From the NCBI GenBank assembly GCA_001949185.1, contig BDGG01000002.1, positions 1,857,826-1,921,825 of the forward strand: a stretch of 64,000 nt of DNA, read 5' to 3'. The stretch's first letter is position 1. Each line of letters starts with the position of its first letter. Source of the stretch: Ramazzottius varieornatus. Lineage: Eukaryota; Animalia; Tardigrada. Positions 24,761 through 37,132 of the stretch are shown one piece after another. The notes under the pieces are model-generated. The model did not search any database and was not told where the DNA came from. It saw nothing but the letters and a program-made list of their open reading frames with translations. The position numbers and the translations under genes are program-made.

Positions 24761-26687
24761 TTAACTGAAACGCTGGCGCAGCTCAGCTTGAATTGAGTCA
24801 AGCGGTTTACCTTTCGTTTCAATAACGTTGAAATACATGTAGACCGTACCGGCAACCAAGATACCTCCGAAAATCAGAAAAGTGTACTCGCCAATTAATG
24901 CATCGACAATCGGAAAGAGGAACGTCATGCTGACGTTGGGTAGATGACATCCAGCGGAAACGAGTGTCATCGCTGATCCGCGTGCCGACTGGGGAAACAT
25001 CTCCGAGACGAGCACCCACGGAATAAACGCCGGACCCAAGTTGAATACCACAATAAAGATCATTGCACAAACCATGCTGACGTAGTTGGACCAGAGGTAT
25101 CCCATTTTCCCGATTGCCGTGAACAGCGTCATTCCGAACAGACAGAGTGCAGTGCAAGAGAAGCCACCTATCAACAGCAGCCTCCTTCCCGCTCGTTCCA
25201 TCAGCAACATGGAAGCCAACACGGCCAGAATCTGTAGAAGAAAGAAACCAACTGTTCCGTAGAGAGACTCCAACTTGCCGAGACCGATATTGGCGAAAAT
25301 CGCGGTGGTGTAAACGGTGATGGGGGAAATGCCGGAAAGTTGGTTGCACAGGATAACGACCGTGGTGATGGCCATGACGCGTCGAAGGAAGGAATCTTGA
25401 AGCAGACCGAAGATGGAAACCGGTTTACTGAGGCCATTGGCAACCATGGCTTCGCCTTCTTGTTGGATAGTACGAAGTTCATCGTCAACGTTCTGCGTGC
25501 CACGAAAGAATGCCAAGGCACGACGAGCGGCGATCTTGCGGTTCTTAATCAATAGCAGGTAGCGAGGACTTTCGGGGCAGAATGGTAACGTCAGGAAGAT
25601 TATGATGGCTGGGACTCCTCGAAGCCAAGCTATCACTGGCCACAGCTCCACCGTACCTGAGAAAAACGTTGAAGTTTTGAAAACAAAAGGGAAATTTCGG
25701 AGGTGAGGCGGAAGCTCGCAAACAAAACTTAAGCACTCCGGTTCCCCAAGTGGCGCACCATTCTGGTGAGTACAGCTGTAAGCGCGCGCCGCTTCGGAAA
25801 AATGATCTGGTTGAGCTTAACTGATTTCCCAAGTGGCGCGCGTTTCTGGTGTTATTGCACGGGAGCATGCGCCACCTGAAATGCGGTCTGGCCGAGTTTA
25901 TTCGCCGTACTCCTAGATGTTTACCGAGCAGCTGTGGCAGTCCAAGCACGATCGCGACGAAAGACCCAGAGACCAAGCATATTCCAGGAAAAGTACCGGT
26001 GGCCCCACGTAAGCTGGTGGGGCTGATCTCCGTAACATACAGAGGCGCCACCGATACAGCGATCCCGATGTTCAAGCCCCAAATAAACCTTCCGATGATC
26101 AGCATTTCGTAGGAGGCCGCTTCCACACAAAGACTTGCCAGTAAGGTCCCCACAATGCCGATACCGTTGTTGATCAACATGGTGTTCTTACTGCCGAACC
26201 GCCCAAGCCACCAGTTGGTACTCCACAGAGACACAAAAGCCCCTCCGGCGATGGCCGCCCCCACGATCGCCCATATCGTATTGAGTTCCGTGTTCTCCGC
26301 CAGCAGCAAATGCTCTTCGTTCTCCGGAACTGTCTCACACCACAGCTTGCGCGTGAAGTCTTGATCCGCTTGATGTTTTTCCGATAGGTCCTCAGTCTCA
26401 TTCGAGGACGGCAGGAGCGTGGGAGATCCACCTAGGCGGAAGCACTTGACTGATCGAACCCAATTGATGATGATGGCTTGAGGAGCATTGGTGACGGCAT
26501 AGCTGTAGCCGATAGGGAACCATGTTCCGAAGGATACCGCCACCACAACGAAGAGGAGCTGCCACGTAAGACGCTCCTTACTGGCAGGTAAGGTCTTTAT
26601 TTTGCGGTCTCCTGAGGGGACTCCCATGCTATGGCCGTTGTCGTGGGGGAGCAAACCGTGCGAGACCGACGATGTGAAATCTGCCAT
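24761..26687 (-). CDS. Facilitated sugar transporter, SLC2A/GLUT class I-like
   Basis: Exons 26687-25925 and 25656-24761. Sugar-porter motifs GRFG, MLIIGRF, EISPTSLRG, PESPRYL, QLSG, ERAGRR, SEMFPQSARG and ETKG. Confidence 0.92.
25712..25912. mobile_element. Short intronic repeat (family E) in the GLUT intron; related copies at about 29620-29702, 41312-41430, 45762-45880
   Basis: Shared AGCTC..CAAACAAACT start, CAAG(T/C/G)GGCGCAC core and GCATGCGCCAC(C/T)TGAAA inverted core. Confidence 0.55.
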
Positions 26688-27385
26688 AGTTTTGCAACAG
26701 GAAACCGAGCTTTATCTGGTGAGGTGCTGAACTGCTTCCTTATCACCCGTACCGCAATAAAAAAGAACGGAAAAGTACACGACGGCTTATTTAACAGTTT
26801 GTGCAAGATAAGAATTATTTCGACCAAGAAACGCGTCAAGTCTGCGGATCGCCAACATGATCATAACACTCTCGCATTTACAACAGGGAGTTGTTCGTAA
26901 GTGTGTGCTGCCATCTAGCGGTTCATGTTACGGTCGCGTTCTCTGTACTTGACCATCCAGTGGTGGTTCTTCTCCGCGCGTCGGCCAAGTTATGGAGACT
27001 ATCAACCGCAGATGCGTATCAGCACAAGGTCCAGTCTGGCCGAAAACTTGTGCAAAACAACAAGTTACGAATGGACCGGAAATAAGAATGAGCTGTGTAA
27101 GCAACGCTGAAAGTCGTAGCCTTCTCCAGTTGGAACAAGTTCCGCGTAGAGTGGACTTCTTTTACAATTTGGACTGCACGTATCCGGTTCAAGACAAACA
27201 GCCGAAAAAGCTTCGTTAAATCTTACTTGATCAGTCAAATTAAAAAATGTGTATCGATCACTCTTATACGATTTGTTGTTCCAGCTACCCATTTGTTGTG
27301 TATATTTTGCCAGTTGGATGAAAAATCCGCTTACCCTTTAGGCGTATATCTGTGATTCTATCGCTTAATTACACTGGTTGGTGCA

Positions 27386-30300
27386 ATGGTCGGTGCGAGA
27401 TGCTACTTATTACGCTCTTTGAGCATGGCTTTATTATGGCTGAGTGTTGGGACGGTCTTGATGACGCCGCTGGCCGCCAACGATTCCGTCGTATCGGTTG
27501 TGGAAAACGAGATTGTGGAAGACGTACTGGATCGGGAAGAACTACCTCTGCTGAACAGCGAAACCACGTTCCGTAAGTAAAGTATTGTTTTCCAGCGAAA
27601 AATCAAAGTTCCTGATAATATTCCTTGAATGTATTTGTGGTAGAGACGTTCAACGTTCATGTTAGGAAAAGTTGTGAAGAATCTTCGGCACCTGCCAATG
27701 ATGTGGCTCGTATCAACCTTCCCCGCACGGTGAAAAGTAAGTACATTATCAGTAGGCGTTTGGGGGTACTCTTAGTACTTTTCTTTTGTTCCCGCCAGTC
27801 AGGAAATTCGTATGACGTCGTATGATTGCTGGCTTTGATAAGAGGATATGATGGTTTGTAGATTCATCGCAGTCGATTGCGGCGACCAAGAAAGGAGATG
27901 ACTGCCACGATATCTGTATCAGCTCCAGCTGTGTGGAAGTTGGTACGTTTTCCCCACTAAGAACCTCGCTCGTGTCTTTCTGTACATTGACCTGGGCGGT
28001 GTCCAGCTATTTTCGTGTTGCAGCCGCCACATTGCTCCAGTCAATGGATATGGAACAGAATCCCTGCCAAGACTTTTACTCCTACGTTTGTGGCAAATGG
28101 GAGAAAAACAACCCTATTCCTGATGGTAAATTACACTGTAGCGTGCACAACTGGTCGAAGCAGAACAGAGGGTCACAGCAGTTTCGGGTTGTGCGAAACA
28201 TGATTTCTTTCCTCCAGATAAAAGTTCCTACGATACATTTACCAAGATGCGCGACAATCTCGACTTTATACTACGAGGTACTGCTAGCACTGTCTGGTAT
28301 TGAAGTTCTGGAATGCTCTTCCTGGATGAAAGGGAACGAATTTTTTGTTTCACAGGGCTGCTGGAAAAGCCAGTGGGACCTGAGGACAGTTCGGCAGTAA
28401 GAAAGGCCAAGAAGCTATACGAGTCCTGCGTCAACGAAGGTGGGTGATGCAAAGGTTTCTAGCTGGGCAAACTTGCCAAAAGGTCAGGAAGTTCCTTCGC
28501 ATGTTTCAGAGATTATCGAGCGAAGGGGAGCGGAACCACTGCTCAAGTTTCTACAAGAGTTGGGTGGTTGGCCGGTGATCGACTCCACCTGGAACGCCTC
28601 GCATTTCTCGTTTGAAGAAACAGTGGCAACACTAAGAAACATGCACAACGACATTCTCATTTCTCTGGTACATTAGGGCGCTCCTACGACTTCGCGTCAT
28701 TCTCTTTCCAGCGAGAGCTTTTCATTTTCTAGTGGATTGGGCCTGATGGCAAGAACTCCAGCTGGAACGTCCTCCAGATTGACCAAGCGGACTTCGGAAT
28801 GCCGACGAGAGAGTATTACCTCGACAGTAACCAACTGTACAGACTGGCCTACCTTGGTTTGATGACATCCATCGCCGAACTGCTGGTACCAGTTTTGAAG
28901 CTTCAAAATGATACTAAGCGACATTCTTGTTACAGTCCTTCTGTCCCAGGGCGTTCCTCGAGCACGGGCCATGAACGACATGGAAGAGATCCTGCAGTTC
29001 GAGACACGACTGGCGAACGTAAGCTCATGAGCTGGTTTCGGTGTTGACTATGCAGTTCAAGTTACCGATGTTGTTGCTTCGGTAGATGTCCATACCGCAA
29101 GAATTCCGGCGTAACTTCACCGCTATTTACGAAAAGATGACCATATCCGAGATGGAGAAGCTGGTGCCTCAAATCAAGTGGATGCGCTACTTCGAGTCTG
29201 TGCTGAACCGCTCGGTGCGAACCGACGAGACGTTAGTGGTGTATGCTAAGGACTACTTCATCAAGCTGGGAGACCTGTTGACCAAAACTCCGAAGAGAAC
29301 AGTGGCCAACTACCTCATCTGGCGTATGGTCCAAAACCGGGCGGCTAACTTGGACGAACGCTTCCGTAGTCGTCGACGCATCTTCAGCAACCTGCTCTTG
29401 GGTAACACCAAGGAGCCCCCCAGGTGGCGCATCTGTGTTCAGTATGTCAACGACAACCTGGGCATGGCGGTTGGGTCCATGTTCGTCAAGGAGCATTTCA
29501 AAGAAGACAGCAAAGAAATCGTACGTGACACCAAGCCTAGCCTGGAGTAATGGAATGAACAGTACACGTCAACTCATTAGGGGATCTAATTGGACACTTG
29601 CATTCAAAATAGAACTTTAACAGGACTGTTCTCAAGGGGCGCACGTTCTGGTTGTTACGAACTGAAACTGTGCGTCAGTATCAGAAAAATCGACCACCTG
29701 TATTCATATTTCTTGTATTCGTAGGCACAACTGATGATACGGGAAATTAGCATATCGTTTATCGACTTGGTGGGGCAAGTCGACTGGATGGATGACAATA
29801 CTAAATCCAAAGCAAAGGACAAGGTCGGTAGTCTCGAGCCCCGAACACTAGGCGAATGCCGGAAGAAGCTTTATCGCTCAACCTTGCGCTTCGTTTTGTG
29901 TGGGTAGATGGGTGGGATGATCGACAACATTGGGTATCCGGACCAAATCTTGGACTTGGCAAAGCTGGACGATGAATACAAGGGAGTAGAGCTGGATGCT
30001 GAAAAGTACTTCGAGAACGTTGTGACTTGCCTGAAGTTCTTGACACAGCGCGAGAGGGAAGACCTGTGGAAGCCGGTCAACCGCTCGACGTGGTCGACCA
30101 CCCCAGCTGTCGTCAATGCCTTTTACAGTCGAACCAAGAACCAAATCAGTAAGCAAGAACACAGAGTTTGCTCCAAAAGGCGATTTTACCATAGACTCAT
30201 TTTATCCTTCGTCCAGTGTTTCCTGCTGGTATCCTGCAGCCACCGTTCTACAACCGTCATTATCCCATGACCATGAATTTCGGTGGTATCGGTGTGGTCG

Positions 30301-30933
30301 TTGGTCACGAAATCTCACATGGCTTCGACGACAAGGGTACGATAATCCAAACTTGATTCTGAAGCTTGGAAGGGTTGAAAAGTGAAGCTACTTTCCAACA
30401 GGTCGTCAGTTCAACAAGCATGGGAATCTGGAGCAATGGTGGCCGCTCGAAACAGAACGACACTTCGAACACAAAGCTCGGTGCTTGGTGGACCAGTACA
30501 ACAAGTATCAGTTGACAGAGCTCAACTTAACGGTAAAATAATCTGCTCCAACTTAAGTTGAATTTTGATATTGGATGTATGTTTGTGTTCATAGGTGAAC
30601 GGGCTGCAGACACAGGGTGAAAATATCGCGGACAACGCAGGCATCAAGCTGGCCTATCGCGCCATGCAGCGCTGGTTACAAAGCCACAAGGTGCCTCGTC
30701 TTCCCGGTTTGCACCATCTGTCGCCGGAGCAGCTATTCTTCGTTAATTTTGCACAAGTCTGGTGTGGGTCGTCGAGGCCTGAGGCAATGCAGTTCCGGCT
30801 CCGGACCGGCGTCCACCCACCGGGTCGCTTCCGGGTGATTGGGGCTGTCTCAAATATGCAAGAATTCTCAGATGCGTTTTCTTGTCCGGCAAACAGTCCT
30901 ATGAATGCACCTCAGAAATGCCAGGTTTGGTAA
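27386..30933 (+). CDS. Neprilysin / M13 zinc metalloendopeptidase
   Basis: Multi-exon. [35 protein letters not shown], zinc motif [10 protein letters not shown] (about 30303-30332), [19 protein letters not shown] and terminal CQVW*. The 5' exons are less certain. Confidence 0.95.
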
Positions 30934-31077
30934 CCTTTACCATCGATCGAAAGAATAAAGGGAAGACCAGCGCAGAGCGTGATGCTGTAAAGTTCAAAAT
31001 GGTCAAACCGGCTAAAAAATAGGTCGTGTCAAGTTGATCACATGGTAGAATACAAAACTGTATTAAATAATGAAACC

Positions 31078-33893
31078 CTAGTAGGACTCGACAGGAATAA
31101 GAGGGTTAGTGGTGACTCCTTCATCAAATGGTTGAGGATCCCTCCACGGAACCCACCATCCTTCCCTGTAAGCATAAAGGACGTTGGAAGCAGGCTGGGG
31201 TAACAGGATCCCATGAAAACCATACCAAAGTTCCGGTCGTGAGGCAGGGTCGTAGCCAGTGATGGCAGCGGGATACGAGGTGGCATTATACGCCTTGATC
31301 TTGGACTGGAGAAGCCGCAGCATGGCAGGGTAGCTCTGGGCAATATTCTGAAAATAGAGACTGTCAAAAAGCACACCATCAAGACCCTGGCACTTGATAC
31401 ATACATTTGTCTCGCACGGATCATTGGTTAGATCGAACAAGCAATCGGCTTTCCATGGTACGCAGGGGCTAACTTCTTGGCCCTCGGGGAAGTTGCAGTT
31501 GATGGAGATGGGCGTCCAAGTCTTCCAGTTGGGAGCTTCGTCGGTGTTCGCGGCATTGGTGCCTGGCGGCGGGAACCTACGACATAAGACTGTTAAACTT
31601 ATCACCTCATCGTTAGATAAGGACCAGGATAGTGCTCACCAGCCGATGAAAGAATTGTTGAAGACATTACCACCCAGTAGTTTGTAAAGTCCGCCGTACT
31701 GATCCTCGTAGATCATTGAGTACTGGTTGGTGATTTGGTCAATGTTGGTAACCAACTCTCTGCGGGGCCCGTAATTTAGGCCAGCTGTGGAAGAAGAATG
31801 ACTTGATAGACCACTAAATTAATAACTGCGAGTACGATACAGACATTGCAAGGATTTCCACTGGCTAAATCCGTCCAATTTCGCCTGCAAGAAAGCTCTT
31901 TCTGATAATCACATCGAGTAACAAACTGTTTGCATCTTACGGCAGCCAGGTCGTTGAGGTTTCCGCCTGCGGCTTCGTACAGCGTGGGAAGCCAGTCAGT
32001 GGTGTGGAAGAGCTGGTTTGTGATACGACCCCGTTTCTTTAGCAGTGGAGACCAGATAAAGGAGTTAACTCGGGTGCCGCCCTCGAAGAGTGTGCCCTTG
32101 CCTTGACGGAGCGGCCAGTTGACCCCGTAGTTTGATCCTCGCACGAAAATGCCCGTTTCGGGAATAGGAGCTCCATTGTCGGCAAAGAAGACCACGATAG
32201 TGTTGTTGGCGATACCCTTGTTGACCACTGCTTCGGTGATGCGCATGAAAGTGTCGTCCAGAGCTTGCACCAGAGCCAGCTGACGCTTGCGGTCAGGGAA
32301 CTGCTCGCTGAAGGAGAGGACCGAGGGACGAAGCTGGAATCGAGGCACGGTAGCTTGAGCCTCACCGAAACCATTGGATGCGGTATGGACAATGGGCGTG
32401 GCAAAGTACATGTAGAAGGGCTTGGACGGGTCTTGGTTGCGGATGATTTGTTCGGCTTTGTGGTTGATCAAGTCGGGATAATAGGCGTTGTTAGTGTCGT
32501 TGGCCAAGATCCGCTTGCCGTTTTCACGAACCTCCCGACCAGACAGGGGCACAGGGGTGATCCAGCCTTCAGTGTAGTTCCACCAGTTGGTGGCGCCACC
32601 GGTGAAACCGTACGAGTAGTCGAAACCGCGGGCGTCTACCAACCATAAAAGGATCATGTACATAGCGCGCCGGTGGTTGCTGCACGGTAGGTTCAGACTT
32701 ACTTGGATAGTATTGACGTGTGAATTCGCCCAAGTGCCATTTCCCAATGTGGTACGTCTGGTAGCCGAGATCCTTGAAGTACTGGGGCTGGAACTTGAAT
32801 TCCAGTGGAACACCTGCAAATGATCCGCAGGTTGAATGGTGCCACAACTTTGAAAAATGAAATCTCCTTACCCCAAGGTTCGCCCTGACTGATAGCCGCC
32901 GTTTGCATGCCATTGTGGAAGGTGTACTTTCCGGTGATAAAGGCTGCACGAGATGGCGTGCAGATGGGGTTGGTATAATAACGATTCAGGATGATGCCGT
33001 CCCAAGCAAGCTACACGAATATGACGACTATCGTAATTTCCGCCCAGATACGTGTTTGGTGTATTTTACCTTGTCAATATTAGGCGTCGGTGTCCAGATG
33101 TTTCCTTCGGTGTAGCTCAAATCTGACCGACCCTGAAATAAGCCGCTATTCTAGTAACCCGTATGATTCAGTATCAGTGAACGCCTAAAAATGTGCGCAA
33201 GCCCACCAGATCGTCGGCAATGAAAATCAGAATATTCGGACGTTGCGACTGCCCGCCAGAGCCACTGATCGTTCCGGAGCCAGTACTTCCAGCGTTACTA
33301 TGCCCATCATTGTTGCCGTTTGCGTTCCCGTTTCCGTTAGCATTGCCGCCGACACCTCCGTTCCCGGTACCCGATCCTCCCGTAGCGCCATTGTCACCAC
33401 CGCCCGTGCCACCACTCGAGCCACCGGTACCCGATCCAGAGTCGCCATACGAGTACTCACCAGAGGTGGTTTCATCTGAGGTCATTCTCCGGGTGGACGT
33501 AGTCTGCGTAGAAGCGGTTACAGTTACAGTAAACTCAGGGGTCGGACTTGCCGACGACTGGCGTGTGGTGTACGCGTCGGTGGCGGGAGAAGTCATGTGG
33601 TGTTCCGTCACGCTGCTGCCCGTACTTTGCTGCACCGTTGACTGGTCCGCATAGTATGAATTAGTGCCGGACGATGACGAGAGGACTGACCCAGCAGATG
33701 AAGCCTGGGAGCTAGCCGATGTTACTGAAGAACCCGTCGAGTTCAAAACTCCAGAGCCACTCGACTGGTCACCATTCCCAGGGACTATCTGTCGATGGTT
33801 GGTCCTCATCAAAAAACGGGATGGAAAACGGGCTGCGTCGACGCCAGCGGCGACCACCAGCAGCACAAGAAGCAAATGCCTCTGTGGAGCCAT
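31078..33893 (-). CDS. Arylsulfatase B/I/J-like, paralog 1, with long Ser/Thr/Gly-rich N-terminal extension
   Basis: Signal MAPQRHLLLVLLVVAAGVDA, RPNILIFIADDL, FGly motif CTPSRAAFITGKY (about 32923-32961), [32 protein letters not shown] and CLFDLTNDPCE. Confidence 0.92.
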
Positions 33894-36837
33894 GGTTGAA
33901 CTAACAAAGTGAAAACACAAAGCTATACAATAAAAGAAAATGAAACCGAGTATTCCTTACGTCTTTTTATGGCCGTTCGATACATATACTGCAACTTTCG
34001 TTCTTTGGTTCGGTTTGACGCACAAATTGCAGTTCTTCGCCACCAATGATACATCGTAGATCAACAGCGGTCAACAGGTCCAGCGTTCTACCATACCCAA
34101 GGCTATCCCGCGGTCGTATGTCCGGGGCTATTTCTGACATCTTCGGACAGGTAAACTGGGTCGATAAGTCTCTTTCAGCGATTTACATGTTGCAATATAC
34201 AGCTCTGCGCAACTAAACTCACGTACGCTTAAACCGACAAAGCCATGTTGCCAGCACCGATTATCTGTGCTTTCCTTTATCGTTCTCATTGTTCACCGTT
34301 CCGGTAATTGCGCTGATCGCTTAAGCCGACAGCTGAAGTTGGCTGTCTTCGTACATGTGTCACTTTCATTCTGTACCTTGATCTCATTTTTTCCCACTTT
34401 AGCTTTCAAACCACCGATATTGTTATCACTGCGAAGAGTCAGTGTTTCAGAATAATTGCAACAGTGTTGACGTCAAGCTAACTTTAATGCTATTGAGTTT
34501 TGGTTTAATTACCTACTTACTTTGACAACATAGCGTAGACTCAACCAGCATCATCTCGAATAGGGATGCTGCATTCCCAGTATTAACACCACTTGAATAA
34601 TTTTAAGATCCTTTCAATTCTGACCAAAAGCATTACCTCGAAACCATCTTCGTTATGTTTCTGCAAACTCATATATGGTTTTCGCTTCCTGTTCATCCAT
34701 CAGAAAAAGACTTCCGTTCAGTGTGGAAATAGCAAATTGAAAGAGAGGGCAACAGTAAAGTTCCATCCGAGTATCATCATGTGGTAACCAGAAGGAAACT
34801 TCTGACTGTTTCACTGTGTGCCCGACGGTGTGACAGGCGAAACGGGATATCTTTGAGCTGCAGGATAACTGTATTGGTTGGCGGTGTGGCGCACGTGAAC
34901 GCGTATAGTAGATTCGAGACCACAGCTCCGTGCTGAGCGCTACGGAGAACTGACAACGGTACACATTATGTAAGTCTTCGTTCACGCTGTTTTTCGTTAA
35001 CGAAAAACTACATTTCTAACCCTCGTCCTCAAAACACGAGGTACCTGGCACTCGTACCGAAGGACAGAATAATTTTTTTGAAAAGATGCAAAAAGTTTGT
35101 TTCTCGATTTTCTTCGTAAACTCGCGCATCTTGTGATGCGATTCTCACGTTACCCGCGCCGACGATGGAGATTTTATTTTTCCAGTATTGGGGATAGATC
35201 ATCTTTCACTGCTTCGACAAGTAGCAACTAGAGTCTAAAGGAAACACAAAGTGGAAGCTAGCTTTAGCGAAAATAGAAACGGTGTGGAGAAAACAGAAAA
35301 TTTTGGAAAATCTGGCTGGTGATCCGGTGGCGATGTGGTGGCGCACGAGATGAATTTACCCCGTTTCGCTTGGACACGTTTGGTTTGTAAGGAATGCAAC
35401 TTTTTACTCGAGTCTTGACAGCGGTCCGGCTTGACCTCCTTCTGCCCAAACCAGTCGCTAGACCTGCCTGTTTCATCCACTGCTGCAGTCGAACTCAAAA
35501 GCACAACGAGAGAAAACCAAGTAATTCTTTCACGAGTGTTGAGCACTCCAGAAACCTCCCTTCACATATTTTACGAAATTTTTGAACGAATAAACTTTCA
35601 GCTTAGGCCTTCGGGCTCTGCCTTACAGCCATAAGGTAATCCAATCTCACGCAGAAAAACTCCAAAGATCGAACGACCACAGAATTTCTGCTGAATGCAG
35701 CTCGAAACCTTATTGAAGGTCCTATGACCTACATCACGAACCGCAACCGGTGTTAAATATTTCATGCATGTCAGTTTTCGCTGGTCAGTCCAGTTACACA
35801 ACACCTCGCTAGTTAGAAGTTCGACGTCTAAGTGATCCTGCTATGCTTGTAGGGGTACAGCGAACTGACATTAAAAACGAACTAGCCGGCGGATTGCTAG
35901 CCGGAAGGCCTGCTAAATCACTGATGGCCATTTTCACCGTTGACCCAGAGCATAGAATAAAGAGCGAGATTAACTAGCACTGTTTATTGACATCGTTTCC
36001 CCGTTCTGCTCTCAACAAAACCTCGGCATAAAAGATTGCCCACAGTGGCTCAGACGGTTTCTCTTATACGAGTACTGTTAGGACCTCGTTCCTTCTGCAT
36101 CCCTTGCGAGTAGCTGTTTCCTTAAGATCTTTCTGAAAGTCGAAACCATGCAACATTTTCTTGCTTTTCTCCTCTTTGGTTGCGCGGTCTGCCTCTTCGC
36201 ATCGGCTTTGGGTACGAATTCTCACATAATGCCTTAAAACTGCCCGTTTGATTGCTCGATACGTTTCGTATATAGCTAAAGACAAGGACGACTTCTGTCA
36301 AGCCACGGTAGAATGCAGCGATCCAGGTCTGGTAAGTTGAATTTCTTAAGTTCCACTATTGGTTCTAGTCCATTTCACAGTCTTACTCCTATCCCGATTT
36401 CTTACGTGAGGAACTTGTACCAGTCCTTTTGCCACGCGCCCGCCACCGTGAGCACCCACCACCAGTTGTGGGAGGCGGAGCAAGACTTAGTGCAGAGACG
36501 CACTGGAAGTGCATGTTGTAACATGCACGTGCGTCTGTATCAAGCGTAGTCTGCGTAGCAATGTTCGGGATGGTAACCGTTTAATTTCGCGTATACGCCA
36601 CAGCATGCAAGAACGGTGACGTCAAAGAGGTGAAATTTACCCTGACTCGCTCACAGCCCCATAAGCTGTTCCGTAAGGTACACTAGTACGGCAACAAAAG
36701 TACGACCGTACGGCATGCGGTTGTGCCTAAAACTTGTATTAATTCAGCTGTTGTAACCTAGCTGGCTTGCCTAATATGTTGGGTGGTACAGGGGTTGACA
36801 CTATGAGGAACTTTGCTACTCTAGATTCTAACCTTAG

Positions 36838-37132
36838 GTATGTACCGGAGCCAGATGTAAGTGTATCGCCGATGTGGATCCCCAACAGGGCAAAATCTGG
36901 GTAATTTTCTGGCACGCAGTCTTTGCATTCAAATTTGCTGACGCCTTTTTCCTGCTTTTGCTAACAGGGATGCAACAATAACGAGGACTGCAAGACAATC
37001 AATGCTCTGGCTGCCCAGGGACTGACCAAGGAACAACAGGTGGCGTCCCATGCTCCCGTTTGCACGGCTTCGGTCCAGTGCCCCTCGCTCAGTGGCCTGG
37101 CCGGCTACTGCGACGTTTCGCTAAACGCTTAA
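36838..37132 (+). CDS. 3' exons of a small Cys-rich, probably secreted protein (5' part not resolved or decayed)
   Basis: CTAACCTTAG acceptor, exon 36838-36900 VCTGARCKCIADVDPQQGKIW, intron 36901-36967, exon GCNNNEDCKTINALAAQGLTKEQQVASHAPVCTASVQCPSLSGLAGYCDVSLNA*. The frame is kept across the intron. Confidence 0.45.

Noticed and set aside
33193-33654. Pro-rich 153-aa plus-strand ORF
   Set aside because: It is the antisense shadow of the Gly-rich sulfatase exon.
35235-35546. Minus-strand ORF with a signal-peptide-like start (MLNTRERITWFSLVVLLSSTAA)
   Set aside because: No convincing downstream exon or family could be assigned.
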